Shown here: positions 39,785 through 54,871 of the stretch, one piece after another
Position numbering within the stretch: the stretch's first letter is position 1
How the letters are laid out: each line of letters starts with the position of its first letter
Assembly: GCA_951406725.2 (NCBI GenBank)
Contig: OX597817.1
Location: forward strand, 98,828,001-98,892,000
DNA from: Octopus vulgaris
Lineage: Eukaryota
DNA length: 64,000 bases
Direction: 5' to 3'
Program-made: the position numbers and the translations under genes
Notes under the pieces: model-generated
The model's input: only the letters and a program-made list of their open reading frames with translations
What the model was told of the DNA's origin: nothing
Databases searched by the model: none

Positions 39785-41095
39785 TCTCTCTATATATAAA
39801 ATTCTTTGTCTGTCTGTTCCCTATGCATTCTCAAATGGCTTCACCAAATGAAATCAAATTTTACAAGACCCCGTGAATGTCATGTAACTTTTATTTTCAT
39901 TTGGATTAATATAACATTTTATCTAAAGTAATCTTTCTATAGTCAACTATAGTAAAAGACATTTTATACCACCACCACATCACATTTTGTATATGAGTGT
40001 GTATGTTCAGTGTATGAGAGTGTACGTGTTTGCGTGTTCATTACACATGACATGATAAAGGACATTTTATGCCGCCACCACCATATATTTTGTATATGTG
40101 TGTGTATGTGTGTATTTGCATGTTTGATACATACAAGATAGTAAAGGACATTTTATACCACGACGATGACAACACATTTTGTATATATGAGAGTGTGTGT
40201 TTGCGCATTCATTACATAAATGGATGTCTGTGTGTCTTAGTATATGTATGTGAGAGTGTGTGTGTCAGTGTACGTGAGAGTGTATGTATGTGTCAGTGTA
40301 TATGTGATTGCCAATTACACTGATGTAAACTGGCCATGTGAAAGAGCTATACTGGCTCTAACTAATGAAATGGTTGATAAACTCAATCATGAACTTCTTC
40401 AAAAGTTAACAGATACATCAGAAATGACTTTTCCATCAATTCACATAACAGTTGATCAAGATCAGGCTGTTCAATACTCTGAATTTCTGAACACACTTAA
40501 ACCCACTGGGATATCACTGCATAACTTGACACTAAAGCTGGATGCTCCCATTATGTTGCATAGGAATTTTGACCCACCTTACCTGTGTAATGGAACTCAA
40601 TTGTTACTTCTATGAAGCCATCATGTCCTACAAGTAACAATCATAACAGGTGGTCACAAAGGAGAAAATGTCTTTATTCTAAAATTTCCTTTCATACCTA
40701 CAGATGTTGCATTTGAATTTAAGAGGCTTCAGTTTCCAGTCAAACTAAGTTTTGGTATTTCAGTTAACAAATCTCATGGTCAATCCTTCCATGTAGTTGG
40801 ACTTCATCTCTCTACTACATGCATCTCCCATGACCAACTCTATGTTGGTTGCTCATGAGTTAGAAGCAGAAACAATTTATTCATTAGGACACCAACAATG
40901 AAGATTATTTACCTTGAGGAGCTTCAAGACTGACAGATTTTCAGTTTTAAGTTCTATTATCATTACAACTTGGATATTTTTTAATAAAATATAGATATTT
41001 TGGAACATTTATGAGAAAAAAAATCTTTGCATTTATTGTTTACTAATCTGAATAAGAACGGTGGTAACCCAGGCAATGCCAGGTAATTCAGCTAG
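39785..41095 (+). mobile_element. Helitron, internally deleted, with Pif1-like helicase C-terminal relic
   Basis: A|TC 5' end; hairpin plus CTAG|T 3' end; ERAILALTN..EFLNTLKPTG..NLTLKLDAPIMLHRNFDPPYLCNGT, RLQFPVKLSFGISVNKSHGQS and HDQLYVGCS at 40310-40900. Confidence 0.88.
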
Positions 41096-41149
41096 TATAA
41101 GACAAAGAAACAAAATGTACTCAAAATATTATATTCTTTTCTCCTCTTA

Positions 41150-41365
41150 CATTCTTTTCTCTTCTAGGCACAAGGCCAGAAATTTTGGGGGAGGGGGCAG
41201 TCAATTAAATTGACCCCAGTACGCAACTGGTACTTAATTTATTGACCTTGAAAGAATGAAAGGCAAAGCCAACCATGGTGGAATTTGAACTTAGAATGTT
41301 AAGACAGATGAAATACTGCTAAGCATTTTGCACGGCATGCTAACATTTCTGCCAGCTTGCCACCT
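41150..41365 (-). mobile_element. tRNA-derived SINE
   Basis: Minus strand: GCTGGCAGAAATGTTAGC..AGTTCAAATTCC..GCCTTTCATTCTTTCAAGGTCAATAAATTAAGTACCAG..GGCCTTGTGCCTA. Diverged relatives at about 46090-46290, 47535-47720 and 48855-49015. Confidence 0.75.
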
Positions 41366-41739
41366 TTCAAAATATATTCAAATTCACATCTAGTTTTGCC
41401 TGGAATGTATAACTATATGTATAACACGGTTGGCCTTGTTGATAGCTACCAAACAACAAACCAAAACATCAATACTTTCTACTCATTGAGCATTGTTATG
41501 CAATACTTTCCATGTACAGAATTGGCTAAGTCTAGCTAGATCAAAGTAGATACTATGGATCATAGACTTCTATGTTATGAGGAATGACTGAACTGTCAAA
41601 TTGATGAAAGGTTCATTGGTTTGCATATATGAAAAAATCTTCACTACAATTAGTAGATTGTTTTCCATCTGCTTAATGCAAAAATAAATGTACTTAGAAG
41701 GTGAACCCACAAATATGAGTGCAAAGGAAATGAAGTGCT

Positions 41740-43580
41740 CATCATCATCTTTCCAAGCTGGCATGGGTTGGACAGTTTCACTGGGGACTGGCAAGCCAGA
41801 TGGCTGCACCAAGCTCCAATTTGATTGGGCAGAGTTTCTACAGCTGGATGTCCTTCCTAACACCAACCACTCTGAGAGTATAGTGGGTGCATTTATGTGT
41901 CACCAGCATGAGGGCCACTCAGGCAGTACTGGCAACAGTCATACTCAAAAGGTGTTTTTTACATGCCACCTGCACAAGAACCCGTCCAGTGGCACAGGCA
42001 ACAACTTTGCTCGAATGTTATCAAATGCCAGTAAGGCGATGCTGGTAATGATCACACTCGACTGGTGCTTTTTAAATGCCACCAGCACGGGAACCAGTCA
42101 GCAGCCCTGGCAACAATCATGCTTGGATGGTGCTGTTAGCACTCCACTAGCACAGATACCAGTCAAGCGGTGCTGTCATCGAATTTGATTTCGATTTCAC
42201 TTGCCTCAACAGCTCTTCACAAGCAGAGTTTCGTGTTCAATGAAGGAAAGGTATGCATAAGTGGGCTGGTTACACCACTGGCATAGGCCATGGGTTATGG
42301 TCTCACTTGGCTTGCCAGGTCTTCTCAAGCACAGCATATTTCCAAAAGTCTCAGTCACTAGTCATTGCCTCAGTGAGGCCCAATGTTTGTCGGTTGTGCT
42401 TCACTACCTCATCCCACGTCTTCCTAGGTCTACCTCTTCCCAGGTTCCCTCAACCACTAGCTAGGGTGTGGCACTTTTTTACACAGCTATCCTCATCTAT
42501 TCTCGCCACATGACCATACCAGAGCAGTAGTCTCTCTTGCACACCACATCTGATGCTTCTTAGGTCCAACTTTTCTCTCAAGGTACTTACACTCTGTTGA
42601 GTATGTACACTGACATTACACATCCATCAGAGCATACTGGCTTCATTCTTTGCAAGCTTATGCATGTCCACAGCAGTCACAACCCATGTTTTACTGCCAT
42701 GTAGCATGGCTGTTCGTACACATGCATCATACAGTCTACCTTTTACTCTGAACGAGAGGCCCTTTGTCACCAGTAGAGGTAAGAGCTCTCTGAACTTTGC
42801 CCAAGCTATTCTTATTCTAGCAGCTACACTTTCAGTGCACCCTCCCTCACTACTGACTTGGTCACCTACTATCAACTACTTCTAGCTTTTCTCCCTGGAA
42901 TGTGGCAGAAGTTGTTCTCTGCACATTTTCGGTGTTTATTGCTCCTGAACATCTGCCACATACAAAAACTATCTTCCCAGTTAGCCTTCCTTTGATATTG
43001 CTGCACCTCTTATGTGTCCATAGCTTATACTGGGTACATCTTATAGAGTTTCTACCTACACCTCTACTACAGATCAAGTAGGGCCGTCTACCTGAAGGGA
43101 TTTGTGGTTTGTCTGCCTTCCTACTTATTAGGACTTTGGTTTTAGCTAGGTTGACTCTAAGGCCCTTCGATTCTAATCCTCAAATTGCATCTTATCTAAA
43201 CTGACTCTCTCCCTAATTAGCTGGGCTATGACCCTCTCCAAGACCTTCATTACCTGATCCAACAACTCGATACCACTGTAATTATTTGTATCTAAAGCAT
43301 CACCTTTACTTTTCTAGCAGTTGACTATGGTGCTGCTACAACAGCCATTAGGTGTGACTCCTTCATGTATTACCTGGTAACACTGTCTTGCAATGCGAAA
43401 TACCTCAAGTCTTTGGTCCTCACAGTGCAGAACATCGGCAATTTTTTTTTTGGCTAAATAAACCTGTCTCCTAGCTTCCCTTCTGGCAGTCTGATACAAT
43501 TCCCTGCTACCACTGTTCTTCCATTCCTTCCAAGCCTGTTTCTTTTCTCTAATAGCCCCATCAACAACATTGATCCACAA
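41740..43580 (-). mobile_element. RTE LINE, 5'-truncated with internal deletions
   Basis: (CAT)n at 41740; 3' UTR; C-terminal, PHD and linker ORF pieces at 42627-43580. Confidence 0.88.
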
Positions 43581-43877
43581 ACTACAAGAACATACAAGCC
43601 AATACTGTTAGAAAAATGAATTCAATTTTAGAAAAAAATGAAAAGACAAATAACTATCATCATATATTTTAGGCCAAATTGTAAATTACAAGTTTGATGA
43701 TACAAACTGTACATGAAAATACAACACTAATGTAAACATCTTTTATCAATTCCAGTAAAGATCTCTCATTAAACTGAGAAATCAGTTCTCATGAAGAGGT
43801 TTTTTTTCAAATTGTATATCTACAATTCATTTTGAGAGGTCAAGCAAGTATACATATCTGGCAGCAAACTCTTGGAT

Positions 43878-44262
43878 CATCATCATCATTATTTTTATGT
43901 ACACTTTTCAATGCTTGCAGTTGTTTGAAAGACTTCACTGAGGCATTTTCTATAGTCAGATGTCCTTCCTATCACCAATCCTCACTTGTTTCCTTCATTG
44001 GATACTTTTACAAAGAAGACTGGAAATGAAAGATACTAGTTGCATGAGGTTGACACAATTATTGCATGCTGTCAAGATGAGACACAAATACTCACATATG
44101 CACAAAATTCTGTGTTGGTGAGAGAGAGAGAGAGAGAGAGAGATATGGGTTTCTTATAGATTCCACTTGCCAAATCCACTCACAAGGCTTTGGTAAGCCT
44201 GGGGTTTTACAGTCAAAGGCACTTGCTCAAGGTCCCATACAGTGGTACATACCTATGCCTGC
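43878..44262 (-). mobile_element. CORE-type SINE with RTE-like 3' tail, diverged
   Basis: CCAAATCCACTCACAAGGCTT shared with 38740-38761; RTE-like tail and (CAT)n at 43878-43990. Confidence 0.6.
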
Positions 44263-46297
44263 ACTTATGAATGAGCTAAAATAAACTTTGAATCACAATT
44301 CTATGGAGGGCCCCATCTGAAATTAAATATGTCAGTGAGTGTACACAAGTCAAGAAAACCTTCATAAAGTTTCTACATCAGGTAAAATGCATCCAAACCA
44401 ATAAAGATGAGTAAAGACTGCAAAAGTAGCAATATGCTGTGGTGAAATGGACACACCCAGCCCATACAAGTATGAGAAGATGGATGCAAAAATGGTAGTG
44501 GTGACAACTGTTGCAATAATATCTACATCTGGATTTCTCTTCCCCATTATATTTATGCTAAGTTTCCATTTACTGTCTTCTCTTCATCACAATTTGACCT
44601 ATTGCTCACCAATCATTCTCTCTCCTCTATCACTCATTACTGATATCCAAAGCTCTCTCTATCTTACCAAGTCTTGTCTTTAATGCTACACATCACTCAC
44701 TCTCTCTCACATTACTCATTCTTTCATTACTCTCTCTTCCTCTATCACATCATTTATTTTTCTTTCATTCAGTTTCCTTACCAAGCAATGTTATTCACCC
44801 CTTCTTTTTGAAGATGACCACCTTTTCACACCACAACAATGGAGGATTCAGCTGAGCAGATGACCAGAGATTCATGATTACTCATGCCTATAGACTTACC
44901 ATGTCACAAAACTAGAAGTAATGGAATTTCATTGTCAAAAATGAACATGATACTCCAACCTCTTCAACAAATTATCTGCTGTTTTCTTCTTTTGAAGATA
45001 TTTGAGTACTGACATGCACTGAACTTTAAGTGAGAGAGGACTGCATCAAATGACCAGCTTCACTCTCTCATCTCTGACTTCCTGACCAGAGCAATCGATG
45101 TGTCTTACTGTGATATAAAGTAGACGTCCCACAGCAACATTGCTTGGATATTCTTTCTGCCCGTTGAAACTAGTTCAATGGTGGTTGAGTTTCCTCCACA
45201 TAGTCTACTGGAAATCCACTTTTTACATGTATGGGGTGACAAGCTCTGAAAGAATATCACCGAGAGCTGGCCATCCAATGAAGTGGTGCACTTCCATATG
45301 CAGACAGTTTATGGATCCACAGATGAGACCTGGGTGCCAGTGACAGAGGAGCTGTCCTAAAAAGGAATTGAGAGGATTCCTACCAAAAGGTATACTTCTC
45401 CTCTAACACAATATCTTCCCAGCAACAGGAAGTTATCTCACTGTCTCTCTTCCATCACCATCTCATCCCTGTCACTGTTTCTTTTGTTTTATTTATTTTC
45501 TATCTTCCCCTTATTGTGACACCAGTATGTCAGGAAGTATAGAAAGAATACATTTATGACAATCAAAACAAAACAAACACCCCAACCACCACCACCATCC
45601 TCCTCCTCCTTCAACCCCACTCAAAACCTGTTATTTTGAAGTTAATCATTTCTAAGCATTATCCACTCAGCCATTTTACTTCTACCACCTAAACTATTTT
45701 GTCAAATATCTGGCATTGACAACAAATCTGTAGAAAATATGACATACTTTTTGGAATTTTAAGAAGATAAATATGATTAATTAAGAAACAATTTTATAAC
45801 TAAAACTGAAGAACATCTAAAAACCTTGATAAGAGAAGAAATAATACAAAGTTAGGAACAATAGAAAAACATACAGTCAAAAGCAATATATATCACAACA
45901 GATTGAAATTTTCACTATACCCAAAGAACTGAAAAAAATTAAAGCAGTAAACATGGAGCTGTAAATATGATCATTAAGCATAATTAAGTCAAATATGATA
46001 AACCCAAATGTCCTTAAAATTGAAATACCCAAAAAGATAAAAGTACTGAACTCAAGAGTTTTTAGTCTTAACTACAGTACATATGCAGTGAATAAGCAGT
46101 CATTAGAGCATTGGATAAAATGCCTTGCAATACTTATTCAAGCTCTGTATATTCTGAGTTCAAATCCCACTGAGATTAACTTGGCCAAGATTGATAAGGG
46201 TGGTGTGCTGGCAGAACTGCTAGAGCATTTGACAAAATATCTTGTAGTAATTGATCTGGCTCTTTGTGTTCCAAGATCAATATCCCATCATAATCTG

Positions 46298-47076
46298 CAG
46301 GTGGTTCAGACTAAATCTGACAGTTTGCATAAAAGAAAAAGTAAACACAATATCCCATGCAAATATAAAAATATTGTTTTGAAAAAATATCAACTAGATT
46401 ATGGCTGCCTCAGCTTTCACCACAACCTCATGACAGCTCCAGAACTTGGTACATGTGTTCCTCAGTGTCCCTGAGAAGACCTTCAGTCACCTCCTTGATC
46501 TTGGCCACTGGCTTGACCTTGATATTTCAGGCAGAACAGTTGGTATCTTTCTCAACTGTGCCCCGCTCATATTAATCTGTGGGATTACAACTGGGGGAAT
46601 TTAAAAAAACCAGAAATTGTGGCAGGTGAAATCACCGAAATTCTCCAACAACCACTTCTGACTCTTTCCAGAGCTATGGCAGGGAGCAGAATCCTGTTGC
46701 TACATATATGGCCTTCCAGCAGCTTCAAATAGTCATCTGAATTGAGCCTAAGGCCTGTTCAGAGATGTAGGGATGTATTCCAATGGTGATATAATCAGAA
46801 TACCTACTGTGTCTCTTTTCTGTTGGCCACCATATTCACAGAGCATTGATCAGCAATCATGATATTAGCATTATGATACCTTGCACAAATCATTATGAAA
46901 GAGGAAACGCTTTTCCAATATTCAGATGGCTTCCCATCTTCCATGTCAGCTAAGTTTTTCTCAACTACAACTTTAATCTTTATGCTCCCCAATGCCGTTG
47001 GCTGTTCACCAATACATCTAGCTGTTCCTAAAAAAAAAAGGAAACAAAAAAAATCAAATTTAACCTGAACACCCTG
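46298..47076 (-). mobile_element. Tc1/mariner (maT/DD37D-like) transposon relic
   Basis: Minus strand AAGRPY..QQDSAPCHSSGKSQKWLLENF..FW..NSPSCNPTD; imperfect TIRs CAGGTGGTTCAGACTAAAT (46298) and CAGGGTGTTCAGGTTAAAT (47076, TA-flanked). Confidence 0.7.
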
Positions 47077-49083
47077 TACTTGGGTAATATATTTTAATTC
47101 ATCACCAATTTAAGACTACCATATTCTTGAGTGCCTTAAGCTGATTCCACTCTGGAGGATACCTTCCTCACTTTTTTCCACCAATCTTGGAAGTGTTAAA
47201 AAGAGTCATAAGCACTGCTCTCACTTCTGTGATTAAAACATTGCTTAATACAATACCTTAATATGGTCAGAGATTGTCCTAGTCAGATTATTTTGTTCAA
47301 AACAACTATCACCATCACTTCAGCAAGTATAATAAAGTTTATACTTCACTGAGGATGTTCTCAGAATAATTAAAATATTAATCATTGACAAATATCTAAT
47401 TAGCTCTGAATAATGCCTACTACATTGTGGACATGTCAATGCTAACTTAACTATTGCTTTTCATGTGAGTATCTATATAAACTTATCAAAAGAAATCAAT
47501 ATATGTAAAATGTTTTGATAACATATGGGAAAATGAATTTGGTAGAATGGTTAGTGAAATAATGCCTCATAGTATTTAGTCTTACTCCTCTATATTTTGA
47601 GTTCAATTCTCACTTGAGTCAACACTGCCTTTCATCTCTCTAGAAATACATAAGTACTATAAGTATAATAGAGTTAGTTAACAATACCCACTCAACTGCA
47701 AAAATTTACATTGTGCCTAAAATTAACCTTTCTATTCAGGCTATTAGAAAACTGAAAAATAAATTCTTTGCTGTTTTAAATATATCAAATATACTAATAT
47801 CAAAACAGAAATGACTAATGGGATATCCAAAAGTGTATCCTTATTGAAAAGAAAAAATCTTTGTTCATGATGTAATTGCTAAAATTATGTGTACACAAAA
47901 CATTACACATGAAGTAATGTTTTCTTTCTGATTTCCTTCTTTCTGTGATACTATATGCGGAAGGTAGAGCCAGTGGCTATGTTGAGCAAAGAGAAGTATT
48001 GAACAGTTTAATCAGCAAGTGAGACAGGTAATCAGTAATAGATAAGGTTGAATGAAAGAAAGAGTAAGCAAGGAGACGAAAGTGTAAGTCAGATCAAGAT
48101 TGAAAGAAAAGTGAAAGAGGGGAGAACTACAAAGATAACATGATAAAATAAGTGATGTAGAAGACAGCAATGGTTGTATTGAAATTGGTAAAATACAGAG
48201 TAAGAAAGAATTGTAGGGATTTGAATCCCAACTGCAAGATATTCAGTTAGGGATCACAAGTGAGCCACTACAGTTTCACATGATTGATTTATAAATCTAT
48301 CAATCAGCATAAAGTGACATGATATGGCTCCTTGGATGATCCAAAACTCCCTCCTCCCCGCTTTCACCCTATAATAACCATCTAGTGTCTAACTCAACAA
48401 ACGACTTCAGATATTCACATAGACAACCTCAGACACTCAGTCATACCACATTGAGTAAGAAACGGCTACGTGCACTCACAGCTAGCCTTCTACAAGACAT
48501 AGCACAGTTCTCTCCTCTCAGTCAGTAATTATATTATCAACATCTTTCTTTTGTGAATAGCCAATGCAGTAAATCATGTCCAGCAATAAATACGTTAAAA
48601 GTCCATGGGTCGCTTCATTCGTTATACATGCAGCCAGCTAGACCACACGACACAGGTCGTCGACAATACAGCACACTTTAACAAGCAATCTACACGACAA
48701 TGAATAAATAGAGGGGGGAGGGCGGAGAGCAATCGAAGAGCAAGTGAGATAGGCGAGCACACCAAATGAAACAAAAAGAAAATAGAACAAAGCTTGAAGC
48801 AAAAAGATTAAGAATTACAAAAGTAAACGCCGCTATTTCTGATTAAATAATTTCTAATATAGGTACAAAGCCAGAAACCTAGGGGAAGGAAATGTTGATT
48901 ATAAGAGACTGGCTACTTGACTGGTACCTTTATCAACCTGCGACTCGACGAGATTTGAACTCAGACCCACAACTAAATACCTCAAGACATTTTGACAAAC
49001 CTCAAACGATTCTACCAATTCATAAACTAAAAAGAAAAAAAAGAAAAAAATCAATCAATACAATATACACAATATAAAATTAC

Positions 49084-49206
49084 CGGTCTTTTGTCTTTGA
49101 TGTGTCGAGCCAGCCACACTTCTCCATAGCTTCCTTTACCAATGACCATAGAAAGTTCGAACCCTCGAAGGGTTTTCGGTTTAGATGACAACTTCTGTAG
49201 AGCCAT
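49084..49206 (-). CDS. NEK4: NIMA-related kinase (NEK4-like), coding exon 1
   Basis: ATG at 49206 reads MALQKLSSKPKTLRGFELSMVIGKGSYGEVWLARHIKDKRP, containing the kinase Gly-rich loop GKGSYGEV. It ends at a GT donor (CCG|GTAATT), is 123 nt and phase 0, and joins in frame to the exon at 39716. Not in the ORF track. Confidence 0.9.
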
Positions 49207-49734
49207 TTATAAGGACGTTGGTACTTCAACAGCACTTTACAGTCTTTGTAACAGTCGATGAAATAAACAAAATATCTAAAATTTTAAAAAGGCAGTAAAA
49301 TAAATAGCTTCAGTTTAAAAAGCATACAGCAGATAAATTGCATGTTACCAATGAAGAGATTTTAAAATATTTGCTTGTTATCACTAAATAAATGGTCCCT
49401 AAGATATTTCTTTTGGAAGCTTGTTTTTGGTTTCGAATGATAACAATCGAATTAAAATAGCAGATTCAAAAATTAAGCTTGTGTTGTAAGAATGATTGAA
49501 ATGTTAGTTATATAACAAATAGGAAAGTGGTATCTGAAGAGAAACAAAAAAACGTTTTGGTAAAATTGTTGTTTTCGAAGGGAATTGTTGTTACAACGGT
49601 TTACAGTGAGAAACAATTCGATTCTAGATGTAAATGCTGCGACGAAAAGTAACAGATATTGAAAATAAAACAATCGTCAAATTACAATAAAGGGAGAGAA
49701 ACGAAACGGAGAAAAAGATACCAAGAAAAAAAAA

Positions 49735-51917
<2,183 letters not shown>

Positions 51918-52190
51918 CATCATCATCATCATCATCGTTTAACGTCCGTTTTCCATGCTAGCATGGGTTGGGCGGTTCAACTGGGGTCTGGCAAGCCCGA
52001 AGGCTGCACCAGGCCAGTCAGATCTGGCAGTGTTTCTACAGCTGGATGCCCTTCCTAACGCCAACCACTCCGAGAGTGTAGTGGGTGATTTTATGTGCCA
52101 CCGACACAGGTGCCAGACGAGGCTGGCAGACGGCCACGCTCGGATGGTGTTTTTTATGTGCCACCGACACAGGTGCCAGACGAGGCTGAC
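51918..52190 (-). mobile_element. RTE LINE 3' UTR fragment
   Basis: (CAT)n followed by CGTTTAACGTCCGTTTTCCATGCTAGC..GGATGCCCTTCCTAACGCCAACC. Confidence 0.9.
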
Positions 52191-52427
52191 ATACATAATA
52201 TACTTGCTGATTACAAAATCAGTTCAAGATGCATGCTATTATTAAAAAGTAAATTGAAATAACCTAAAATTAACCTAAAATTGAAACATTACTTGGTCTT
52301 AATGCAGTAGTCTCCAAACAGACCGGTTTCAAGCAAGACAAATTGTCCATGGACTGGAGGATCACACACATAACAAAACACAAAGAAGTGCATAATATAT
52401 AATTTAATCATTACATATACAATGAAT

Positions 52428-52533
<106 letters not shown>

Positions 52534-52749
52534 TTAAGCAAAAATTTATCTTTATTGTCTCCTTTCATTTGTTCTTCCCTCTCAGAACCTTACAGTAGTC
52601 TGGAACAACTGAATCTTAGTCAGTCAGTTGATGGGCTCCACTACCTCAAATGTTCTTAAAATTTAAATCCACATCTTTGTCTATATATCTACCTTCTCTA
52701 TAATGTTGCCACTTGATATGAACATTTTTGTATTAATGGAAAACCTCTA

Positions 52750-52842
52750 TAATTGGCTGATGAGTGCTCAGCATTTTAAAACTGTTGTAATACTTACAAC
52801 ATTTAATAAAATGATGTAGTACGAAACGATCGTACCAAATTA
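52750..52842 (+). ncRNA. Type I hammerhead ribozyme with extended stem II
   Basis: taattgg CTGATGA gtgct..agtac GAAA c-gatc-g TA ccaaatta; canonical core; inner hairpin TGTTGTAA-TAC-TTACAACA; predicted cut after A52834. Confidence 0.8.
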
Positions 52843-53136
52843 CCGGAGTCATTCTTATTGCTTATTCTGAGTATATATATATATATATAATACATTCACA
52901 CTGCAAAAACACTCTGCAGACTGCAATAGTCAATGAAATAGAAATAAGATTTTAGAATTTATTCTTTCTGTTAAGCCCAGTATCAAATGTTCCACTGCCC
53001 AGTGTTGGGAACCTCTGGCTTAATGAATAAGGGTATCACTACCCTTAGCTTAGAATTAAAGCTCCTTATTTGAATCCTGCTTGGTACAACATATATATAT
53101 ATAAATATATATATACATATATATATATACATATAT

Positions 53137-53505
53137 CATCATCATCGTTTAACGTCCGCTTTCCGCGCTAGCACGGGTTGGACGGTTTGACCGGGTCTGG
53201 GAAGCCAGGGGCCGCACCAGGCTCCAGTCTGAATCTGGCAGAGTTTCTACGGCTGGATGCCCTTCCTAACGCCAACCACTCCGTGAGTGGATTGGGTGCT
53301 TTTTACGTGCCACCTGCACAGGGGCCGGAGGGTCCGGCATCGTCACGATCGGTTCGAGCATTTTAACGTGTCAGCGGCACGGGGGCAACGAGGTCCGGGG
53401 TACTTTGGGGATCCAGGGTACTTTGGGGATCCGGGGTACTTAGAATGAGTAGGGGGTATGTGGAATTGCTGCAGAAAGCAGCCCGGGTCTTTGTAGTCAC
53501 AGCAT
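53137..53505 (-). mobile_element. RTE LINE 3' UTR fragment (variant subfamily)
   Basis: (CAT)n and the same terminal motifs as the other RTE copies. Confidence 0.85.
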
Positions 53506-53848
53506 TTATCGTCACTGAGTAACGTAATTAGGTAGAGGAAAGAAATACAGATATTCTAGAGTTGAGTTGGGGAGGGGGAGGTCCAGTTGAGGCGGGTAAT
53601 ATAGGAGAGCAACCAGTGGGGAAGGTTGGGGTAAGGAGGAACGATGGCAGGAAGGGTTGGTGTAGGTTCCTAAGAAATAAAGACATTCGTTATCGTCACT
53701 GAGTAACGTTATTAGGTAGAGGAAAGAATACAGATATTCTAGAGTTGAGTTGGGGAGGGGGGGGTCCAGTTGAGGTGGGTAATATAGGGGAGCAACCAGT
53801 GGGGAAGGTTGGGGTGAAGGGTTGGTGTAGGTTCCTAAGAAATAAAAA
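53506..53848. repeat. Two-copy tandem repeat, period about 184 bp
   Basis: TTATCGTCACTGAGTAACGT..GGTTCCTAAGAAATAAA at 53506 and 53690. Confidence 0.9.
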
Positions 53849-54226
53849 CGTAGGATATTACGAGGCGGGAGGGTGCTAAAGGGGGATAGTCGGAATGAGG
53901 CAGTGTCAGGAGGAAGCGTAAGATCGGTGGGCAGTTGATGAGCTATGGCGCTAGCAGCTTGTCTTTTCACAGTGAAAGCATATGAGGAGAAGGGGTAGTG
54001 GGGGGAGGAGGAGGGAGTAGGGCGTACCCGGTGTAGATGAGTAAGGCGTATCCGGTGTAGATGGTGAGGACAGGGTATACTGGTATTGGTGGTGGGGGTG
54101 AGGAACAGTGTTCACCGGTATTGGTGGTGTTGGCGGTGAGAACAGTGTTCACCGGTATTGGTGGTGGGGGTGAGAACAGTGTTCATCGGTATCGGTATTG
54201 GTGGTGGGGGTGGGGGGCGGGGCGCA

Positions 54227-54690
54227 CCGCCAATGGCTGAAAGATGGGAAGAGATGGGATTACGGCTTGAGGTAGCCTAGCCTAAGGTTAAATTTTGTAG
54301 AGAGAGAGATAGAAAGATAAATCAAGTTATGGCGAAGGCTTGAAAGTAGCCTAAAAAGGTTAAATTTTCGTAACAATGTATGAATAAACGTATTAACAAC
54401 GAATAGAAATTGTAAGATAAATTTTTAAGAACTTGCTGCGGACATCGATCGGGAGTTGAAATTGAAGAAGAAGAAAGTAAGTTGAATTGGGAATTTAAAT
54501 TGTAGAATCGTAATGGTAAGAGGAGGAAAAAAAGAAAGACCGCCAATGGCTGAAAGATGGGAAGAGATGGGATTACGGCTTGAGGTAGCCTAGCCTAAGG
54601 TTAAATTTTGTAGAGAGAGAGATAGAAAGATAAATCAAGTTATGGCGAAGGCTTGAAAGTAGCCTAAAAAGGTTAAATTTTCGTAACAAT
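54227..54690. repeat. About 150-bp direct repeat pair (54227-54378, 54540-54690)
   Basis: CCGCCAATGGCTGAAAGATGGG..TTTTCGTAACAAT appears identical in both copies. Confidence 0.9.
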
Positions 54691-54770
54691 ATATAAACGT
54701 AGTAATATATATATTTATATACATATATATATATATATACATGGAAAGCGGACGTTAAACGATGATGATG

Positions 54771-54806
<36 letters not shown>

Positions 54807-54818
54807 GCATATATATAT

Positions 54819-54861
<43 letters not shown>

Positions 54862-54871
54862 CATATACATA

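Noticed and set aside
44880-45365. Possible very old DIRS-like RT/RNase H relic
   Set aside because: Only vague similarity; no diagnostic motif recoverable by eye.
49590-49612. GTTGTTACAAC as an RFX X-box upstream of NEK4
   Set aside because: Only a partial match to the consensus, and the transcription start is unknown.
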